The notes beneath the pieces were generated by a model that did no database searches, was not told the DNA's origin, and saw nothing but the letters and a program-made list of their open reading frames with translations. From a virus (taxonomy: Duplodnaviria; Caudoviricetes): 37,002 bases of DNA. The stretch is from positions 1 to 37,002 of the IMG/VR virus record IMGVR_UViG_3300037462_000805. One strand, written 5' to 3'. The translations under genes and the position numbers were made by a program. This document shows positions 23,896 through 32,393 of the stretch, in pieces (position 1 is the stretch's first letter; every line of letters begins with the position of its first letter).

Positions 23896-25638
23896 TTATG
23901 AAGGCTTGTTTACGATGGTGTATTTAAGTTCACAGTTTACCGAAACTAATTTAGCCTCTGTGTTTACAAAATTGATGCTTACATCAGTGCCCAAAATGCT
24001 CGCGGAAAATCTTGTATCTGTGCTTATCAAGTATCCGTCAGTTCCTTTAATTGAAGACCAAATTCTCCCATACTTTAATTCATCTCTACTAATTTCAATG
24101 ACAGCACCACCATTGTTGTAGAAACTCATTTGACTGAATCCAAACATATAATCCTCATCCTGATTCATCACTGCGATATTATATAGATCAACAGTAAGGA
24201 TGGTATCATTCGGTATTGAAATAGTTTTAAGAAGTTGTGTGGCAGAAGCTGCAACAGATACAGCTTTAAATTCAGTTTCATTTCTAGCTATTCCATTTCT
24301 TAATTGAAGCGCAGTAAATATTCGAGTGCTTCTCAAACCCGATTCTGTACCAACGGAAAAGAAATTACCAGTATTATCAAATATTTTAAAGGATTCAACT
24401 GCTGCTTGGAGTGCTTTTACTCCCATGTTCCCATCGGTAACCCCTGCAACGGCACTCCATATCGCTTGTGTACCTATAACTCTTAGTTGCTTTAGCGATT
24501 CATTCCATCTTACTGAACTAGATTTAAAAACTGCACCAACTCTACTTAAAAATGCAATCCCGTAATCATCGCTTGTGTCTGGTAACGATTCAAATTCTGG
24601 ATTAGCACCCTTGTTTAGCTTAAAATTATCAGCTGTTGTAACAAATGCAGTACTAGCGACTTTTGTAGTGCTATCTCCTGCTGAGGCTGTAGGTACTGTT
24701 GGTGATGTTGTAAAATTCCATAATCCTGCTATGGTATAGGATTGTGTCCTGATGTAAGTCCACCAAGCCCAAAGCTTAGGAATACTCACAAACAACCTGG
24801 CACCTGTACCACCTGTACCTGTGTTCCCAGCGTTCTGCACTTCAGCATCTGTACCTTCTTCTACAACACCCTTAACTGTCTCGCTTGCGTCAGATGGCTG
24901 TGAGGTAAGTAAAATGTAGGTTGATCCGCTCCATCTGTAGGTGAAATTAGTATCAAGCGCCAGGTATATTTTACCTGTTTCACCAGTTACTGGAAATGCT
25001 GCCAGGTTAGCAAATTCCAACACATCATCAACGTAGGCTGGTAACTGTGCAGCTGGCACTCTACCAGATCCATCTAAGCCAGCGTAACCATTGGCAGCAC
25101 CTTTTTGTGATGTTGACTGTTTAGTATCCAGCTGAGCCTGATTAATTGTGAATCTTTCCCACTTGCCGGTACCAGTTTCAGTTTCAATGTTAGTAGATGT
25201 ATAAGGTCTTACCGGATCAAGTAGCAGATACAACCCTCTGCCCAATGTGCTGTGATTGTGATAAACAATTTGTAGGCCATTTCCATAAACACCAGGTGCA
25301 TACTCGCGGATTGCAGATCCTGCACTCTGGCTGATTTCCAGCCAATGAGTATTCTCACTCACCAGCGGATCGGTAGGTGGTGTATTGCCTGTGTTGTTGT
25401 TGGTCTTGGTTTCGAAGATTCGCTTCTTACCATTGGCATCCGGATGCTTACAATATTTACCATCATCACTACCATTGGTCTGAAAGGTTAAGCCAGCTGC
25501 CCAATCCGGAAAATCATCAGCATTTTGTGCAAGAAGATAATCCAACACCAACTGGTCGTTCTCGGCTATTAGAAAGCTATCCGTTACCGGAGCTGTCATG
25601 TTGGTTTGTAAGGCCTCGATTAACTGAGCGTATGTCAT
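23896..25638 (-). CDS. Tail fibre protein
   Basis: Common fibre motifs KGAANGYAGLDGSGRVPAAQLP, FPVTGETGKIYLALDTNFTYRWSGSTY, DASETVKGVVE and PTVPTASAGDSTTKVASTAFV. Confidence 0.8.
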   Translation of the reverse strand: MTYAQLIEALQTNMTAPVTDSFLIAENDQLVLDYLLAQNADDFPDWAAGLTFQTNGSDDGKYCKHPDANGKKRIFETKTNNNTGNTPPTDPLVSENTHWLEISQSAGSAIREYAPGVYGNGLQIVYHNHSTLGRGLYLLLDPVRPYTSTNIETETGTGKWERFTINQAQLDTKQSTSQKGAANGYAGLDGSGRVPAAQLPAYVDDVLEFANLAAFPVTGETGKIYLALDTNFTYRWSGSTYILLTSQPSDASETVKGVVEEGTDAEVQNAGNTGTGGTGARLFVSIPKLWAWWTYIRTQSYTIAGLWNFTTSPTVPTASAGDSTTKVASTAFVTTADNFKLNKGANPEFESLPDTSDDYGIAFLSRVGAVFKSSSVRWNESLKQLRVIGTQAIWSAVAGVTDGNMGVKALQAAVESFKIFDNTGNFFSVGTESGLRSTRIFTALQLRNGIARNETEFKAVSVAASATQLLKTISIPNDTILTVDLYNIAVMNQDEDYMFGFSQMSFYNNGGAVIEISRDELKYGRIWSSIKGTDGYLISTDTRFSASILGTDVSINFVNTEAKLVSVNCELKYTIVNKPS

Positions 25639-26258
25639 GATGTTGAGGTAAAGAAGTTAGTAAATCCGAAATCGCTGTAAAGTCTAAGCTCTTGCCCGGC
25701 AGTAAGTATGGCTATAGGAGCATCGTTGAAATACACGACACTACTGGCAGGCCCCGTAGGCGGTGTGCCAGCTGTGCCATTGTAGAAGTACGTGTTATCA
25801 GGGCCTTCAAAATAAAACACACCTGTATAAAAGTTACCATCCGAAAAACGAGATCCTGTGTTGTGATCGAACGTGAACCTGAAGGGTGTATGCAAGAGCC
25901 CGGCAAGCTTCTGCTGGCCGCTACCATCGGTAAAGAGTAAAATGAATTCATCTTTGGTAGCCTGCTCCAGCATGTAGCGCAGCTCTGGCTTATCCTTCGG
26001 GATCTGTACACGCAGGCGGTTATCCTTTCGCTCACCTTCCCTGGTCTTGCTACCACGACTTTCCAGGCTTGGTGTTTCCAATGTTGCTGCCCAGGTAACA
26101 AAGCCGGTAACACCTGGCTTGAAAGTGATGTTTCCATACACCACTCCGCGCACTGGATCTGGGATAGACAGCACATCAGCTTTCCTGATCACCTTTACAG
26201 TGATAAGACCGCCAAGGTTATCGGTGGTAAGAGATTGTATGTTTTGGAGGTAGCTCAC
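25635..26258 (-). CDS. Putative structural protein, possibly tail-tube-like
   Basis: 207 aa with GTG start. N-terminal DNLGGL echoes DNMSGL of 29996..30547. First gene after a GTCCTA box. Confidence 0.55.
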   Translation of the reverse strand: MSYLQNIQSLTTDNLGGLITVKVIRKADVLSIPDPVRGVVYGNITFKPGVTGFVTWAATLETPSLESRGSKTREGERKDNRLRVQIPKDKPELRYMLEQATKDEFILLFTDGSGQQKLAGLLHTPFRFTFDHNTGSRFSDGNFYTGVFYFEGPDNTYFYNGTAGTPPTGPASSVVYFNDAPIAILTAGQELRLYSDFGFTNFFTSTS

Positions 26259-26262
26259 GATG

Positions 26263-26298
26263 TAAAAATCGTGAGCTGATAAGACGATTATTAGGACA
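26263..26298 (-). promoter_or_regulatory. Putative late promoter (GTCCTA box) for the tail-fibre operon
   Basis: Minus-strand GTCCTA from 26297; GATTTTTA ends at +34; GTG start at +39. A second box starts at 26337. Confidence 0.55.
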
Positions 26299-26360
26299 GG
26301 TAATAGGGCTTTTCCTTACACTTGCAAACGCTAGGACAAACAACACCCTGTTTTAAGACA

Positions 26361-26834
26361 TCATCTACCTAAAACTTCCGCACGTTGGTAGGTTTTATAA
26401 GCAGCATCGAGGTTGTAATCATCTACGAGATTGTAATGCTCCAGGAAGTTCCGACAAGCGGTGTACTCAGGTATACCCGTAATACGCTGTGCTTCTATGT
26501 GCGTGAGTAGTGCATCTTTGAGCCACATGTCTATGTCGATGTTAATGCGTGTCAACTTTCCTAACGTTGGTCCATACTTCATCATCTCGGTGGAGAGTAG
26601 CAGCTGGATGTTATCTACTAACTGATCGCGATACTGATCATTGTATTCTTTGAGTCTGTGCGCTCTGTTTTCACGAAGCGATGCAAGCACCATCTTTCCC
26701 AGAAGACTATACTCATCGACAGTAATGGGCTTACTTACATCGATGCCCTGGTGTTCCTTCAAAAACTTTTTCACACGCTTATACACGGGAACACTAAACT
26801 GATTCTTCGGCAGATAATTTTTGAATAATTCCAT
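26361..26834 (-). CDS. Hypothetical protein, candidate late transcription regulator
   Basis: 157 aa. N-terminal FSVPVYKRVKKFL (RHH-like) and C-terminal helical LDAAYKTYQR. Sits between two GTCCTA-box operons. Function is inference. Confidence 0.5.
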   Translation of the reverse strand: MELFKNYLPKNQFSVPVYKRVKKFLKEHQGIDVSKPITVDEYSLLGKMVLASLRENRAHRLKEYNDQYRDQLVDNIQLLLSTEMMKYGPTLGKLTRINIDIDMWLKDALLTHIEAQRITGIPEYTACRNFLEHYNLVDDYNLDAAYKTYQRAEVLGR

Positions 26835-26872
26835 AGCTGAAAGGTTTCTCGAAGATACAATTTAGAACGCTT

Positions 26873-26893
26873 ATTCTGAAACAATTCTGAAAC
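26873..26893 (+). repeat. Tandem ATTCTGAAAC repeat identical to the attP arm-like motif
   Basis: ATTCTGAAAC-AATTCTGAAAC with an 11-bp period, as at 12731 and 12882. Confidence 0.75.
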
Positions 26894-26896
26894 TGC

Positions 26897-26932
26897 TGTC
26901 CTAAAGATTAGCACTTGTTTAACCAAAATTTG
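26897..26932 (+). promoter_or_regulatory. Putative late promoter (GTCCTA box) for the head operon
   Basis: GTCCTA at 26898; AAAATTTG ends at +34; ATG at +43. Confidence 0.55.
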
Positions 26933-26940
26933 CTTCTGTT

Positions 26941-28314
26941 ATGATAGAGCTATTACATTATCGCGATTGGGCTATTACCGAAAGTTTTTTCAGGCTTATG
27001 GCTCCGCGTGTATTAGAAGCATTAAACCAAAACACCAATGTAGAAAGGAAAACTTTTAAGGACTTCGAATCCACGATTACATCTCTGCTATCAGCCATTG
27101 ATCCGACTATTGATAAGGTAGCCGTTACCTATGACCCTTGGACTGGTAAAGAAGATTTACCTACGGCTAAGTCAGGTAATAAAACCATTGCTTTGATACC
27201 TATTAGCGGAGCGCTTACTAAAAACGGTGTTTGCGCTTATGGGATGAAAGATTATGGTCGCTTCATTAACATGGCAAATGCTAATCCGGACATACACGGA
27301 ATAGTACTTATAATAGATTCACCAGGTGGGTCGGTAGATGGCACATCTGAACTGGCTAACATTGTAAAGAACAGTGCAAAGCCTGTAGGTGTATTTGGTG
27401 ATGGAACCGTAGCCAGTGCTGCATTTTGGATAGCATCTCAGGCAAGCGTTATTATTGGTAATAAGAATAATCGCACGGAGTTCGGAAGTATTGGTACCCT
27501 AGCTATTACGGAGGACATCTCCAATGTAATAGAGGCCGGTAATCATCCTAAGGTTAAAATACACAGAGCACCACAGAGTACAGAAAAAGCACTCGTTAAT
27601 CCTGTTGAACCAATTACAGAAGAAATTCAGTCTACTATTGATGCTCGCCTAAAAATGCTTACCGACATCTTTATTGGTGAGGTTAAGAGTGGTCGTGGTG
27701 ACAAATTAAACACAACTCTTGAAGGGTTATTCAAAGGCCGAATGTTTGATTCTCAAACTTCTAAGTCTAATGGGTTGATTGATGGAATTGGCACCTTACA
27801 AACTACAATTAATAAGGTAGCAGAACTGGCAAGAAACAACCAGTCATCTTCTTCAAAGGCCTTACCAACAAATAATGGTTCACAAGAACAACAACAAAAT
27901 ATGAGTTTAAAAACCCATGTCCTGGGCTTACTTGGATTCAAGTCAGAACAGGCCGATAGTCTCAGCGATGAGCAAGCAATGAAAGCGAGCGAAGAAAAGA
28001 TCGCTGAGTTGCAAGCTTCTCTTACTGGCGCTGTTGAAGCAAAGGCCGCGCTGGAAGCCAGAATTTCAGCACTCGAAACAGCAGCGGCTACTCATGCCGA
28101 AGCTGTAGCTGCTAAAGATGCAGAGATCACCCAATTGAAAGAAGCTATAGCGAAACCTCGATCTGCTGCAGTAACAACTGTAATAAGCGATGAGGAGCAA
28201 GAAGCTAAAGTAGGTGCTGACGCTGAAGGCGCCACCACTGAAAAGAAAAACAAGTACCGCACACCGACAGACGATGAAGCGGATGCTTATGTGAAACTAA
28301 CCCAACCTAAATAG
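26941..28314 (+). CDS. S49 (SppA-like) prohead protease with C-terminal scaffold-like domain
   Basis: LIIDSPGGSV, ASAAFWIAS, GSIG and GLIDGIGT motifs. Low-complexity linker, then an Ala/Glu-rich coiled coil. Confidence 0.88.
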   Translation: MIELLHYRDWAITESFFRLMAPRVLEALNQNTNVERKTFKDFESTITSLLSAIDPTIDKVAVTYDPWTGKEDLPTAKSGNKTIALIPISGALTKNGVCAYGMKDYGRFINMANANPDIHGIVLIIDSPGGSVDGTSELANIVKNSAKPVGVFGDGTVASAAFWIASQASVIIGNKNNRTEFGSIGTLAITEDISNVIEAGNHPKVKIHRAPQSTEKALVNPVEPITEEIQSTIDARLKMLTDIFIGEVKSGRGDKLNTTLEGLFKGRMFDSQTSKSNGLIDGIGTLQTTINKVAELARNNQSSSSKALPTNNGSQEQQQNMSLKTHVLGLLGFKSEQADSLSDEQAMKASEEKIAELQASLTGAVEAKAALEARISALETAAATHAEAVAAKDAEITQLKEAIAKPRSAAVTTVISDEEQEAKVGADAEGATTEKKNKYRTPTDDEADAYVKLTQPK

Positions 28315-28318
28315 TAAA

Positions 28319-29563
28319 ATGAAAATGCAAAGGATGACGGCCCTCTTTGGGCTTTTGTTAATGATCGTATCCGCGATACTGATCAGCCCTGTGGTGATGT
28401 TTGCGGCAGCGCCAGCTACATGGGTAAACTATACCGTATTAGGTAATGCGGTAGAAGTAAGTGCCATTACAGCTTATGCGGATGAGCACAAGCGCGATCT
28501 GATTTCCACAATGGTGAATGGCCTCGACATTGCCAACGACATTACGGTTATCCCGAATGTTAAAAACAAAGTGGCTTTAACAAAGCTAACTGTAGGTGAT
28601 GGTTTCAGACCTTATTCATCCACCCACGAACCTAAAGCTGGTCAGCTGGTATTCAGCGATCGTTATCTGGAAACAGCCATTGGTAAGCGTGACTTACTTA
28701 TTGATTACCGCGACTTCAAGAGTAAGCACTTAGCATGGAGAACACGCCCTGGTAATGCATCTAACAAGACCATACAGGATATGGATTTTGCAGCCTATGT
28801 GTGGGATCAGGTAATGAAAGGAGTAAGTCGTGAAGTGAACGATGAAGTTAGTTACTTCGGTTTTGATAAGACCACAGCAACAACCTACTCAGAAGCATCT
28901 ACCTATGCAGCAAATGCTTACATCACTTATACTGTAAATGGTGTGTTAGAGTACTTCCAGAACATCTCTGGTTCAACAACTACAGCTGGTCAGGATCCGA
29001 TTGATACACCAGCTAAATGGCGTAACGTAACAGCCCGTGCAGTAGTGCCTGGCTTGAGAAGCTACATTGATGCAGCCATCTCCGGAGGCTTCTCTGTAAC
29101 CGCTACTGGTGCTGTAACAGATGCAGCTACTGCTTTAGCAGCTTTTAAAACATTGTTCCGCTCTATGCCTGTCCCTTACAAAAACTGGGGTGTGATTATT
29201 CACGCATCGGTAACAGACTGCGAGTTTTTAATGGATGCTTTGGCTACCAGAACGCAATATGTATCTGCTGATACGCAAGCGATGTTAAAACAAGGGTTGA
29301 TTCCTATCCCTGAAACAGCAGGTAAAGGATTTGCTAAACCTGCGACCTGGTTAGGTACAAGCAGACGCTTAATTGCTGAACCGATGGAAATGAGTGGTGC
29401 GAATGCATACGGTCTTAACCTGGTAATGGGTACAGACTTACTGAGCGATGCCAATAACATCGAGAACATCAAAGATGTGTACACGATCAAGTCAGGTATC
29501 ACACTTGACCTCGGCTTCCAGATTCAGGATCTCAATGCCTTGCGATTAGGTAACCAAGCTTAA
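28319..29563 (+). CDS. Major capsid protein (probable)
   Basis: 414 aa immediately after the protease/scaffold gene. C-terminal NLVMGTDLLSD motif. Size and position fit an HK97-type capsid. Confidence 0.75.
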   Translation: MKMQRMTALFGLLLMIVSAILISPVVMFAAAPATWVNYTVLGNAVEVSAITAYADEHKRDLISTMVNGLDIANDITVIPNVKNKVALTKLTVGDGFRPYSSTHEPKAGQLVFSDRYLETAIGKRDLLIDYRDFKSKHLAWRTRPGNASNKTIQDMDFAAYVWDQVMKGVSREVNDEVSYFGFDKTTATTYSEASTYAANAYITYTVNGVLEYFQNISGSTTTAGQDPIDTPAKWRNVTARAVVPGLRSYIDAAISGGFSVTATGAVTDAATALAAFKTLFRSMPVPYKNWGVIIHASVTDCEFLMDALATRTQYVSADTQAMLKQGLIPIPETAGKGFAKPATWLGTSRRLIAEPMEMSGANAYGLNLVMGTDLLSDANNIENIKDVYTIKSGITLDLGFQIQDLNALRLGNQA

Positions 29564-29569
29564 GTGATC

Positions 29570-29992
29570 ATGGCAAAGTCCAAAAAATCAGAGGAGAAAC
29601 ACTACAAGAGTGTTTCTCCCTCTTTCCTACACAACCAGGTTGTGTACGATAAAGATGCCCTTAAACAGCTTTTCAAAAGTGCAGAAGAAGGTGATGAGGC
29701 AAGCATCAAATTGTTATTTGAACTCGTAGCACTTGGCCAAGTGGTAGAAATGACTGCAGAAGAAGCGCAGGAAGAAGAGCAGAAACTGGCTGAAGCAGAA
29801 AAAGCAGCATCACTGCAAGAGCAGGTGGCTGAGCTTACCGAAGAAAACACTGCTTTAAAATCTGGTGTGGCTGAGCTGGAAGGAATCAATGTGTCTCTTC
29901 ATAACAAAGTTCACCAACTTTTACAAGAGCTACAGGCTGCTTTGGGAGAGATTGAGTCACTTAAAAAATTAGCCCAGGGAGGGGCACAGTAA
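29570..29992 (+). CDS. Hypothetical coiled-coil protein
   Basis: Glu/Ala/Leu heptads; lies between the capsid and tail tube genes. Confidence 0.6.
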   Translation: MAKSKKSEEKHYKSVSPSFLHNQVVYDKDALKQLFKSAEEGDEASIKLLFELVALGQVVEMTAEEAQEEEQKLAEAEKAASLQEQVAELTEENTALKSGVAELEGINVSLHNKVHQLLQELQAALGEIESLKKLAQGGAQ

Positions 29993-29995
29993 ATC

Positions 29996-30547
29996 ATGCA
30001 AGATTTAGTATTCGCACAAGGTCAGGATAACATGTCGGGTTTATACGACATGCTGGATATTGTTGCCATGGGCGACATTGACGATGCATCCTTACCAGCA
30101 TTGGCGACAGCTGGTAGCTTGATTGTTAATGGCAACATCGTGTTGAAATCCGGAGCTAAGTTCGGTCGCATGTATTTTACCATCGACAGCGGTAGCAACG
30201 ATGGTGCTGTTGTGGGAAGCTATGATGCCAAAAGTTTAGAGTGGATGCTGAAAGGCAGATACCCTAAGCTGGATGCAGGCTTCTACTCATGGTTCCGTAA
30301 TGTTATGAATGGTCCTTTAGTGATCATCTATCGCCAGGCTAATACAGGCAAGGCTTATGTAATGGGACTTATCAATTTTGATAAGACCAGCACAGCACTC
30401 CAATTGGGCCGCGGCTGTTACCTGGAATCAGGCGAACTAAAAACAGGCGCTGCACCAGCGGATGAAGCCGGTGGTACTATCACCTTTAAGTGGAGCACGC
30501 CACACGGTCCTATTGAATACAATGGTACCGTAGATAGAACCGGATAA
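29996..30547 (+). CDS. Major tail tube protein (probable)
   Basis: 183 aa, Gly-rich and beta-type, ending KTGAAPADEAGGTITF. Followed by a strong terminator. Confidence 0.6.
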   Translation: MQDLVFAQGQDNMSGLYDMLDIVAMGDIDDASLPALATAGSLIVNGNIVLKSGAKFGRMYFTIDSGSNDGAVVGSYDAKSLEWMLKGRYPKLDAGFYSWFRNVMNGPLVIIYRQANTGKAYVMGLINFDKTSTALQLGRGCYLESGELKTGAAPADEAGGTITFKWSTPHGPIEYNGTVDRTG

Positions 30548-30567
30548 GCAATAATTGATTGATAGAG

Positions 30568-30599
30568 AAAAGCCTCTCCTTCGCGGGAGGGGCTTTTTT
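30568..30599 (+). terminator. Intrinsic terminator
   Basis: AAAAGCCTCTCC...GGAGGGGCTTTTTT hairpin with a U-tract. Confidence 0.85.
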
Positions 30600-30604
30600 G
30601 TTCG

Positions 30605-30636
30605 CTCCTTCTCCTGTGGAGAGGGTTGGGGTGAGG
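30605..30636. repeat. Single REP-like palindromic element
   Basis: CCTTCTCC-TGT-GGAGAGGG-TT-GGGGTGAGG resembles the bacterial CCCTCTCC...GGAGAGGG..GGGGTGAGG extragenic repeat. Confidence 0.5.
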
Positions 30637-30645
30637 CACTAACCC

Positions 30646-30680
30646 GTCCTACAAAAACCATATTACAAACACCAACTTCA
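30646..30680 (+). promoter_or_regulatory. Putative late promoter (GTCCTA box) for the portal operon
   Basis: GTCCTA at 30646; CAACTTCA ends at +34; ATG at +39. Confidence 0.5.
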
Positions 30681-30684
30681 CTAC

Positions 30685-31011
30685 ATGATCGGCATCGACA
30701 AAGTACTCCAGCATTTAGATAACACCTACGATGAGTATACGCAGGTAGTGAATGAGTATGGCATCCGGTTTATTACGCAAGACGGTCGTGTGCGAACCAT
30801 GCGTGCCAAAAAGAAATTGAAAGCACCTAAGCAGGCCCTTAGAAAACCAACAGAAGAACGTGGTAAGCACAAGTATAACCTGCAACGCCTGGGTAACATG
30901 CTTGTAGAAGATCTTGATCTGCAAGAGCCACGCACGGTAAAGCCTTCTATGTTTTTTGCTTTCTCAATACCTGCTGAAAATAAAAACAACTGGCAACCCA
31001 TATACCACTGA
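30685..31011 (+). CDS. Hypothetical basic protein
   Basis: 108 aa, coupled to the portal-like gene by a TGATG overlap. Confidence 0.6.
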   Translation: MIGIDKVLQHLDNTYDEYTQVVNEYGIRFITQDGRVRTMRAKKKLKAPKQALRKPTEERGKHKYNLQRLGNMLVEDLDLQEPRTVKPSMFFAFSIPAENKNNWQPIYH

Positions 31012-32393
31012 TGCAAACACAACTACAACTACCAACACGGGAAAGTAAATGGGCTTTAGAGCGCATCAGTAATGGTATACACTTTTCGGCCAGCACCGGT
31101 ACTATTTACGAAACCAATAAGTTTGAAGTAGAACCCGACACAAAGAACAGTCAGGTATCTACAGGAGGCTATGCTTATGCGCGTTGGGGTACAGACAATG
31201 ATTACGCTCAACGACTGATCGATACCATCAATGCAGATCCAGCTGCTTCCTTGTTGGAACGCAGGATACACATGCACTGGGGCAAAGGCTTGTTCTTTTA
31301 TAGAAAAAAACCGGATGGTAAAGGCAAGGAGATTATTGAGCCTATACCCGATGATCAGGTACCTGCCGAGATTGATGACTTCTTTTGGGAAAATGATTTT
31401 TTAAATTTTCAGCAAGGCATCATTAGCGATTACGAGTGGTGGCACCGTTTCGGTGTACAGTACATTGCCAGTAATGATACTAAAATCAGGCAAATCGCCT
31501 GGAGTCGTGTAAAGGATATTCGCGTACAGAAAAGAAACCCTAGCACTGGTTTAATAGACGGTTACTGGTTGAGTGGTAACTGGCCACAGCCGCAAGAAAA
31601 TCAAAAGCGTTTTGTTCCTGCCTTCGATCGTAAAGGTTCAGGCAGTGGTTTATATATGCATCAGCTGGTAAGCATCGATAAAGATTACTATCCGCAACCT
31701 GCATGGCATGCCATTAACAAATGGTTACACATTGCTGCCAAGATCCCGAGATGGATACTTTCTAACATCGACAACTCGATGAATATTAAATGGCATGTAA
31801 AAATACCGTTGGAGTTCTTCTTAAAGCGTCACCCTGTTGAAGCTTACAAAACATCAGAAGAGCGTAATGCAGCCATTGCCAAATTTGAACAAGAGACTTA
31901 CCAGCGTATCGACAGATTTTTAGTAGGTGCAGAAAATGCGCAAAAAGCGTTCTACAGCAAAGTAGCTGTAGGTGATGATGGAAAGCCATTACCCGGATGG
32001 GAGATTATTCCTTTAGCAAATGATATAAAAGACACCGCTTGGCTTAATGCTTATGGTACTGCCGCGCTGGCCATCATTTCTGGTATGGGCTTACAGCCAA
32101 GTATTGCAGGCTATGTATTACCCAATGGTCTGGGTAGTGGTAGTGGTAGCGATCTGCGCGAGCAATTTAATTTCAGCATGCAGGTGCTTTTTGAGATTGG
32201 CCGGCAGACTACGCTTGAACCATTCAATATCGTGAAGCGCAGAAACAACTGGCCGAAGGACCTTCACCTGGGCTACAAAGAAGTAATACTGCATAGCACC
32301 GATCAGAACAAAGCAGGATTTGCAAACGGCTCACCAGCGCCTGCTCCACAGCAGAATACTGGTAATGAGGCCAAAGACCCAATGAGCGTATGA
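31011..32393 (+). CDS. Portal protein (probable)
   Basis: 460 aa. WGTDNDY near the N-terminus, DYYPQPAW, GAENAQK and SGSDLRE motifs as in Bacteroidota phage portal-like proteins. No other portal candidate in the genome. Confidence 0.7.
   Translation: MQTQLQLPTRESKWALERISNGIHFSASTGTIYETNKFEVEPDTKNSQVSTGGYAYARWGTDNDYAQRLIDTINADPAASLLERRIHMHWGKGLFFYRKKPDGKGKEIIEPIPDDQVPAEIDDFFWENDFLNFQQGIISDYEWWHRFGVQYIASNDTKIRQIAWSRVKDIRVQKRNPSTGLIDGYWLSGNWPQPQENQKRFVPAFDRKGSGSGLYMHQLVSIDKDYYPQPAWHAINKWLHIAAKIPRWILSNIDNSMNIKWHVKIPLEFFLKRHPVEAYKTSEERNAAIAKFEQETYQRIDRFLVGAENAQKAFYSKVAVGDDGKPLPGWEIIPLANDIKDTAWLNAYGTAALAIISGMGLQPSIAGYVLPNGLGSGSGSDLREQFNFSMQVLFEIGRQTTLEPFNIVKRRNNWPKDLHLGYKEVILHSTDQNKAGFANGSPAPAPQQNTGNEAKDPMSV

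Noticed and set aside
23079-25638. Tail fibre genes as remote DGR targets
   Set aside because: No GGSSGFR or GSRLCF peptide and no TR-like DNA seen by eye; a BLASTN of the TR would confirm.
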